This document shows, piece after piece, positions 56,546-64,000 of a DNA stretch of 64,000 bases. Position numbers and translations under genes: made by a program. Position 1 is the first letter of the stretch; each line of letters begins with the position of its first letter. The stretch lies in NCBI GenBank assembly GCA_031835245.2, contig JAVKOQ020000054.1, positions 124,001 to 188,000 on the forward strand, given 5' to 3'. The stretch comes from Balamuthia mandrillaris (lineage: Eukaryota). The notes under the pieces were generated by a model that was not told the origin of the DNA, searched no databases, and was given only the letters and a program-made list of their open reading frames with translations.

Positions 56546-57072
56546 CTTTGCTCTTTACAAAATAAATATAAATAAAGGTTGACGAGGGAGAAGAAGAAGA
56601 ACAAGAACAAGAAGGATGTTCGCTGCTGGCTGGCAAGGTGTGTTCCTTCCTCTCCCGACGTTGCACCTATCTCTGTTCTGCTGTTTTACTTCAAACAAGC
56701 AAAAAGCGCAATCATGCTAGTCTCTTTTTTTGGAGGAGGCGCAATATAGCGCGGCGATCTGATTCGCTTTTCACGGGCTCTGATTGGTTCCTCTTCCTCT
56801 ATTGAACTCTCCGCCTTTTTATGTTTAATTATAAAAACCCTCTCCAGCTCGCCGTTTTGTCGGAGTGCAGAACTTGTCCTTGTATGACGAACACCAGCTG
56901 AACGCTCTGCTTGAATCAGGGAAGGCTTACTCAAGGAGTTGCGACTGCGTTGATGGTGAGAACCCTTTAAGGTCTGACGGCCGGAAAGAGTGACAAACCG
57001 TCCGTCCAACCTTGGTAGGTTTTTGAGCCTTATTATTGAAAGAGAGAACGAAGCCAAAGTTTCAGTTTCACG

Positions 57073-59092
57073 TCATGTAGAGTTGGTCGTGGTGGCGTCG
57101 GAGGAAGAAGAGGAAGAGGTTGAGGCGACGGGGCGCAGCAGTTCAAAGACGCAATCGAGGACCTGTTGAAGAACATGGAGGTTCCCCAAAGAGGCAACAG
57201 AGGCGCTGTGCACGTCGGAGGGACGAAGAGCGGGGAAACCATGCTTCGTCATCAGGGCCACTCGCTTGCGCTGCTCTTCTGGGGTGAGCGCCCCCGTGTG
57301 CTCCTTGATCTGCCGCTGAATGGCCAGCGAGAGAGGTTCCAACAGATCCGCCTCGACCGCTTGTCGAAACTGTGGTTCCCAAACACCAACGTTTTGTTGT
57401 TGTGGTGAGTCCTCCTCTTTCTGCTTTGGTCTATCTCTCAGCAATAGGAAGCGATAGTAGTTCAGGGCGTTCATCCACACATCAAAGTCTTGCAAGAGGT
57501 TGCTCTCACCACTGAAGTGCATAAAGAAAGGGAACAGATCTAACAACTTTGGAGAGCTGAAAGGGGAAACCTTCTTTCTTTGTTGTTGATGCTCCTCATC
57601 TTTCGGCCATGCTCGAATAGTTTCCTGTTTGAGTCTGTGAATTAATAGCCCTTTGATGGATGGATAAGGGCAGGTCCGTAGCAGGTCCCCCAACAGGCGG
57701 TAACGTTCCTCCTCTTCAAACAGCGACAGGAAGGTGTTCAAGTGCAAAAAGGCTTCTTGTCGCCGCTCCAACTTCCCGCAGTTTGTCATGAACATTATCA
57801 AGTTCTACATAAAATGAAGCCTTAGCAGGAAGAAATAAAAATAAGACAACGCAGATAAAGGAAGAAACCTGTGCAAAGAGCACGAAAGTCTTCATGGAAA
57901 CTCCGAAAGTCATTATGTTCGCTTCTTGCGATGGATCAACGCTCACTATTGGTTGTGAAGCCACGCCCTCACGTCCATTGGGAGCAAGGTGTCCTGTCTT
58001 TCTTGCTTCTCTCTTTTCTTCGGTCAATGCATTCAGCATATGCCGCATCATTATCAAACCTTTCTCTGCAATAAGAGGGGCTGGACTAAAATAAACAAGT
58101 CAGTCAGGTCATATCGAGTGAAGAGGAAGGAGAAGAAGAGGGTTTAGCTTTCACATCGTACTCTTTTAACATTAGAGAAATGGAAGGTACAAGCAGGCAG
58201 TATCGGTATAATGGGGAAAGCACATTCCAAAAGGGACTATCTTCGGCCCAGCGTTGTTGTTCCAAGTTTATATAAAAATAGCAAGCGATGCCTACTAATA
58301 GTCGTTGTGCATCTTCATGTTCTTCATCAGCATTGACCTCTTTAGATGGAGTAGCTAAGTCAGTGTAAGAAGTCAAAAAGAAAAAAAAAACAAACTTTAC
58401 CAAGTGAAGGAATGCTCCTCAAAAGAAAAATAGGCTCAACTCCTAGCCTCGATAATATACACTACAAAGACGTTAGCAAAGAAAAGAAGCAACAAAATCA
58501 AAAATTGCAACAGAAGACATAAAAACAGACACACCATTGCCATTTGTGCTGTGGAAGATACATTATTGCTGTGATTCAAGTTGGTACGAGCGAGCAAGGC
58601 AAGATTCTCCAGCGTCAACACCATCGCGTTCAGGCGCTGCTTTAATTGCTTTCCAGAAAACTCATGAATGCGCTTCCAAACAGTAGGTCAGATTGTATTT
58701 TCGCAACATTTGGGAGTACTGCTACCTACCTTATCGTCATCCACTAACAAAGTGCTGAGCAAAGAAAGCACACTAGGAATAATGCATGCAGCATCTGTCG
58801 ATAGTTTGTACTTGTCAGCATCTTCACCATCGGTGTCTCCAAATGCGTTTGTTATTTTGATAGATTTCTTCATTTTATCATTCTCAATCTCATCACTGTC
58901 TTTTTCTTGTTCTTGGTCCTGTTCCTCCGTTTCTTCCCCTTCCTCTTCCTCTTCTTCGCTCTCGTCCTGTCTGTCGGGTGCAGAAGCAGTAGCGTGCCGT
59001 GCAAGCACACCTCTTCCAACATCAACAGTGCTCTGTATAAAGGTCGTTCGTTTCTGTTTTGGAAGGCGACCCAGCACTTTCATGAAGAGAGT

Positions 59093-59131
<39 letters not shown>

Positions 59132-59905
59132 CGTTGCATTATTGAAAAGTTGGATTGTTGGAAAGACATGTTTGGAGGAATGGAACGGAAAGCAAACCAG
59201 TCTCTAAGCAGCTCAACAAGCATGGAATACTGGTTGCTCTGTTTACTTTATGAACAGCCTCCTCGAGTGCAATGATGCCCTCTCGTGGATTGCCGGCCAT
59301 CGACAGCTGTCGAAGCAACTGAAGAGCGGAAGCATGAGAGAGAGAAAGCAGAGAAGAGAAAGAAGCACGCTGAAACGTAATGAATAATGAACCAAATGAA
59401 GTGAACAAACCTGTTGGCAAGCATGAGCTAGCGCCTCGTGATCCAGAAAATGAACGACGGTATCAACATATTCAAAGAAAATGTTCTCCAGAAGCCGCTA
59501 GAAAAAACTCTCCCACTTCAGTTAGCAGCCACCACTGAGAACTTTTTTGAAAAACAGAAACCAACCTGGTTGCTTATTATCGAGGAGAGCTGCCACTCCA
59601 CAAAAAAGCCCAGCTCGGCGTCCTTCCCCGGATTGTCAGCAAAGTGCCGCCATGCCTCTCGCAGCTCAGGTAGCAGCGCGTCTGATTGGGCTCCCTCCCC
59701 CTACAAAAGAACAAAGAAAGAAATCGCATTGCCTTGCATGAGAGGAGGAGAAAGAGAGCCGTGATACGTGGGGGAACATAAAAGGCACACAAACCTGCAG
59801 CAGGGCGTTCCAACGAGAGAGTGTACTCTGGCCAAGCCACGGAGAAGCTGCTGTTTGTTGTTCGGTCATCCCTTTTGGTTTTTTGTTTTCGTTAGGACCA
59901 TTCAT
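57073..59905 (-). CDS. Glomulin/ALF4/YBP1-family helical-repeat protein; start approximate
   Basis: IGWDLL-like VGFCF region; GNPREGIIALEE; LLRTCPYPSIKGLLIHRLKQE; ALNYYRFLLLRD..NVGVW. Confidence 0.7.
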
Positions 59906-60302
59906 GTCGTCATGTGAACTTCCTTGTGCTCGCTGTCGGGCAGCTCTCCAGCACAGTTTGTACAGTTTGTTTGCATTATTGGAATAACGGGAGATCGCGT
60001 AAAGCCCGAATGGTGGTGGTATGCTTTATTACTTGGCGCCGATTTCCATAGTAACGGGTAGGGTTACCTAGGAGAAACTTGCTTTCTTGGTCGTCTGGCG
60101 GGTTCCCATTCATCTTTTCCTTTTCCTCATGAGTAGCCTAGCACCGCTTCTGCAAGTTGCACCGCGCGGTCGAGCAGATACGCGACTACCGCGAGGGTAG
60201 GTAAGGTTCCTCAATGCCTCCTAATAATATTGTTTTTTTATCATTCCACTTTTCACCGTTCATACCAAACCAACCGCCCTCCCCTTTGCTCTGCAACCCA
60301 CC

Positions 60303-62462
60303 ATGCTAGAAATAACCCCCTCTCCCCGGCCTTTGCCAGCCACGTTGAAGGTTAAGCCCATGCTGGTGGCTGAGAGAAGGCCCTCCGTGAATGGCAATTA
60401 CACCATGCTTCATCTCCTCGGCAAAGGTGCTACCGGTGAGGTCAAGCTTGCCCAAGACAGGCGGGACGGCAAGTACTATGCCGTCAAAGTTGTTGATAAG
60501 GTATGTTGCCTTTTTTTTCTTCGGAACTTCGAGCTGTTTGCGCTTCTTATGTGTAACTCGTCATTTCGGTTTCCACTAACGACTCTTCATATGCACTCCC
60601 GTTTGTAGAGAGGTCTCACCAAGGAACAACAGATTCGCATTTCTCGAGGTACGCAACAACGGTATTAACATCTGGTTAGCTAAAGTATCCTTCTTACCAT
60701 CCCTTTGTTTTTTTCTCCCTGCTTGAGCAGAGTATTCCATAATGAAGCATGTACAGCACCCAAACCTCGTTCGTTTGGTGGAGGTTATTGAGAACCCCGT
60801 CGAGACGTGCATAGTTATGGACTATGCTAGCGGGGGTGACCTCTATACCCACATAGTCAGTTCGGAAAGGGGCAGACTCACGGAAGATGAAGCCCGCAGG
60901 GTTTGCATTCCTCTGCTCTTTCTAGCTTTATTTCCACGGTAGTGAGTGGTTCAGCACTGAAGTCCTCATTGATACACCAGATATTTGTACAAATAGGAGA
61001 GGCCTTGTTATACATGCACAACTCTGGGTATGTTTGCTTCCATTCGGTGACTCTTTACCTCAAACTGCTGACTTGCTTTATTTTACTCTTTCCTCCAACA
61101 GCTTCGTGCACAGAGACGTAAAACCTGAGAACATTTTGGTGTGTATAGACGCCGTTAACGTCATAAAAACTCTTCTTGCTCACTGTTCTTTTTGTTTTGT
61201 AATACCAAACAGCTGGGCCTTGATGGAAAAGCCTTATTAGGAGACATGGGATACGGGACCATGTGGAACAACAAGGTTCGCATCCATTTCTACTTCGGCT
61301 TTATTCAACAGTTTAGCACTAAGGATCTCTATACTTCTGCCTGCTAAACCAGACGTTAACAGACACAGCCTGTGGCTCCCTCTTTTATGCTTCTCCCGAG
61401 ATAGTGAGTGTGGGAGGGTACCGCTTGCTCCTTTTCTCCTCCTCTGTTTGCCGCCACAACACCGACAATAACACCCTTCTCTCCTAAATTGAACGGAACA
61501 GAACCTACAAGGGACCGGAGGTAGATGTCTGGTCGTTGGGCTGCGTACTCTACGTGATGACCACCGGAACGTTGCCCTTCCACGAGGCCACCCCCGACGA
61601 GACCAGAAGAGCTATCATCCGATATGACTTTAAGCGACCCTATCACCTCTCCCCCGAGCTCTGCCAGCTGCTGACTGGCATGCTGGACAAGGACCCAAAG
61701 CAGCGCATCACCATGAAGGAGGCCCTGCAGCACGTCTGGGTCAAGGGTAGGAAGAAGGAACTCTCTAGAGGTGCCAAGGCCAAGAGCAAGAGGCGCAGCC
61801 TGAGCGATCTCAGTAGGTCCATTCCTAAGAAGATCATGTTCTGGGCCAACAACAACAAGTTTGGTGAGGACGTTGACGAGGACGAGTTCGAGGCTGCGCT
61901 GGGTGAGCTTGCTGCCGCTGAAGAAGAGGGAGGAGAGGGCCAGGCGGGTCAGGAAGAGATACAACAACCTCCAGAACCCAAGACGCCACCCTCAAAGGAG
62001 CGCAAGCAAAAGAAGAAGAGCACTGCTGCTGCGCCGTTTGGCTTGGAAGAGATTCTGGAAGAAGGAGCAGAGGAGAATGGCAGTAGCAGTAGCCATGCCA
62101 GTAGCGGAGGAAGCAACGAAACTGCCAGCAGCGGAAGCAAGAAAAAGTCAGGAGGGTCACCCCCTCTCTTCAGCAACACCAGACGAAGGGCAGGCTCCAT
62201 GGCGTTGGACTTGACCGGTCTTCATCGTGGCGGCGGGCTGGAGTCTGGCAGCGACAAAGAGAGCGGCAAGGAGAGCAGTAAGGGGAGTGGCAAGCTCAGC
62301 AGCAAAGGCAAGAACAGCAAAGAAAAGATGAAGAAAAAGAGGAAGAGCAAGGACAAGATGACACGAACCAGAAGAAGGACCAGCTCCATGTCCGAACTGC
62401 CCGCCATCGACGAGGAGCTGCTCAAAGTACTTGACATGGCAGCCGAAGGCGCAGAGAAGTAA
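60303..62462 (+). CDS. CAMK-group (AMPK/MARK-like) Ser/Thr kinase with a disordered C-terminal tail
   Basis: LGKGATGEVKL, YAVKVVDK, HPNLVRL, VHRDVKPENIL, GDMGYG, TACGSLFYASPE, GPEVDVWSLG. Confidence 0.9.
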
Positions 62463-62882
62463 CTTGGCTTTAGGCTTGCTATCCTCTCTATTGAGAGCCG
62501 CAGGTTTCTCGTTGGGGTGGACGAGTGCCCAGGTTTTTTTGTTCGTTGTTGTTGTTGTTCGTGTCACATTTTGTTTTTTGCTGTTTGTACTTGTAAATGT
62601 TTAATGGTGATGATGTTAAATGTTAGCTTGTAGAGTCGCGTTTACTTTAAAGCCCCCTTCCTCCCTCCTCCCCCAACAACCCCATGCCACCGTCTGAACT
62701 TGCCTCCGAAGAAAAAAGGCTCGATTCGTGACGTCATGGATATTATGAGAACGAACCAAGAAAAGGAACTTCCCAGAAAAGACCGAGGGGACTCACTCGA
62801 GAACCGAACAAGGCCCAGCAGCCGCAAAAGCACACAACACAATACAAAAAAACCAGTCAGGAAAGCAAACAACCACAGGCAA

Positions 62883-64000
62883 ATGTCCTTCCAAGTAGTG
62901 AGACACAAGGTAGACCGCACCACCTTTGAGGTGCTGTGCAAGCCTGGCGCTGCCCTTAAATTCAGAGAGGGAAAGCTGGGCTGGTCCAACGTTCTGTTCT
63001 CTGATGAGGTAAATTTTTTTCAATTTCCTGCTACTACTCTCTCTATCTCTGTATGCTGCTCACCAAATCTACAGATCTTTACAGATCAATCAAAGGGGCA
63101 AAGGGCTAATGAAAGTGATCTTCAGTTAGTTGCTTTTAGTTTTTTTTTTGTGTGCTTGAGTGTGTTTTTATGAGCCCTCACTTACGATACAATCTATGCC
63201 TGCCTTGCACACAACAGAAAAGCTTTTGATACCTCCAATCAAGACGATATTGCCAAGTTAATTGTAGAAAAGGGAGAGCTGCAGTTGTCCGCCGCCGAAA
63301 GGAAGGCCAAGGTGGACAAAAAACGCGCCGAAATGGGTATTTTTTTTTCTTGTGAGATCAAGTTGTTTGTTTTATTTAATTTTGTCTACAAACTTAGTGA
63401 ACTACATTCACAAATACTTTATCGATCCTCGCACCAAGACACCTCACCCTGTATGTTCATCCTGTCACATAGTGCTTTTCACTTGTGAGAGTTTACTTAT
63501 CTGGATTCTTTGGACAATAGGTGGTGAGGATTGAGAATGCCTTTACTCAACTTAAAATCACTGTTGATCCTGATATGCCTGCTGAGCGTCAGGTGCAAGA
63601 TAAGGTTCTCAAGCGCCTTCCTGAAGTCCTTCCCATCAAGAAATGCGAAATGGAAGGAGTCCTTGTCGGTGCGTTCTCTTCTCTCTCCTTATCTGCCCTC
63701 TCTATCTCTGACTTTTTCACAGTGTCACACCAGTTCCTGGGTCAGGCTATGGGCTTGGTGAAGAAATATGCGTCAGTAGCTGGTGAAAAGTACACTTCAG
63801 AGGGCTGCGAGATGCAAGTAGCCATCGTACCAGGAGGTAGCTCCTTCCACTTGCTTTCATCCTTTCCAAAATTACATCCCTTTCACTCACTTGTTTGCTT
63901 TGCCTTCAATGCAGATTATGATACCTTCATGTCTGAGCTCAGAGACGCCACAAAGGGCAATTTCCAGTTTGACGTTATAGGGCAAGGAGGCCCCAGCGAT
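62883..64000 (+). CDS. SBDS/Sdo1-family ribosome maturation factor; 3' end lies beyond the window
   Basis: FEVLCKPG, DEIFTDQSKGQRA, IVEKGELQLSAAERK, IDPRTKTPHP. Confidence 0.9.

Noticed and set aside
56860..57030. C/D-box snoRNA or other ncRNA (atgacga..ctga, upstream TATA-like run)
   Set aside because: The C box is imperfect, and I found no terminal stem or recognisable rRNA antisense. The region is explained as WIP promoter or glomulin 3' UTR; an Rfam scan would settle it.
40188..59905. Functional clusters (OTU/COPS4/glomulin ubiquitin control; sirtuin/GDAP2 ADP-ribose)
   Set aside because: The genes are interspersed with unrelated housekeeping genes; no evidence beyond proximity.

Overview
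Intron-rich eukaryotic genomic DNA with short GT-AG introns, many containing (CT)n tracts. The gene content (HRDLAARN receptor kinases, GDAP2, sestrin, glomulin, WIP, FGD-like GEF) suggests a free-living amoebozoan such as Acanthamoeba or Balamuthia; this is an inference. About 16 host genes are present, many in head-to-head pairs. An AT-rich, CpG-depleted transposon island (about 14.6-30.3 kb) holds three copies of a (TAC)n-tailed non-LTR retrotransposon, a PIF/Harbinger-type element with long TIRs, a tRNA-like remnant, and a 2.57-kb TIR element with self-palindromic ends and a 4-bp TSD. The decayed ORF of that element follows the motif order of a beta-class N4C/N6A DNA methyltransferase. A piggyBac transposase and a small dispersed MITE-like repeat lie outside the island. 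Other notable items are a candidate dynein-dynactin activating adaptor (CC1 box plus Spindly motif), a sirtuin lacking the zinc-binding subdomain, and paired receptor kinases without an activation-loop tyrosine. Exon boundaries were read by eye, and all family calls come from motif recognition, not database searches.
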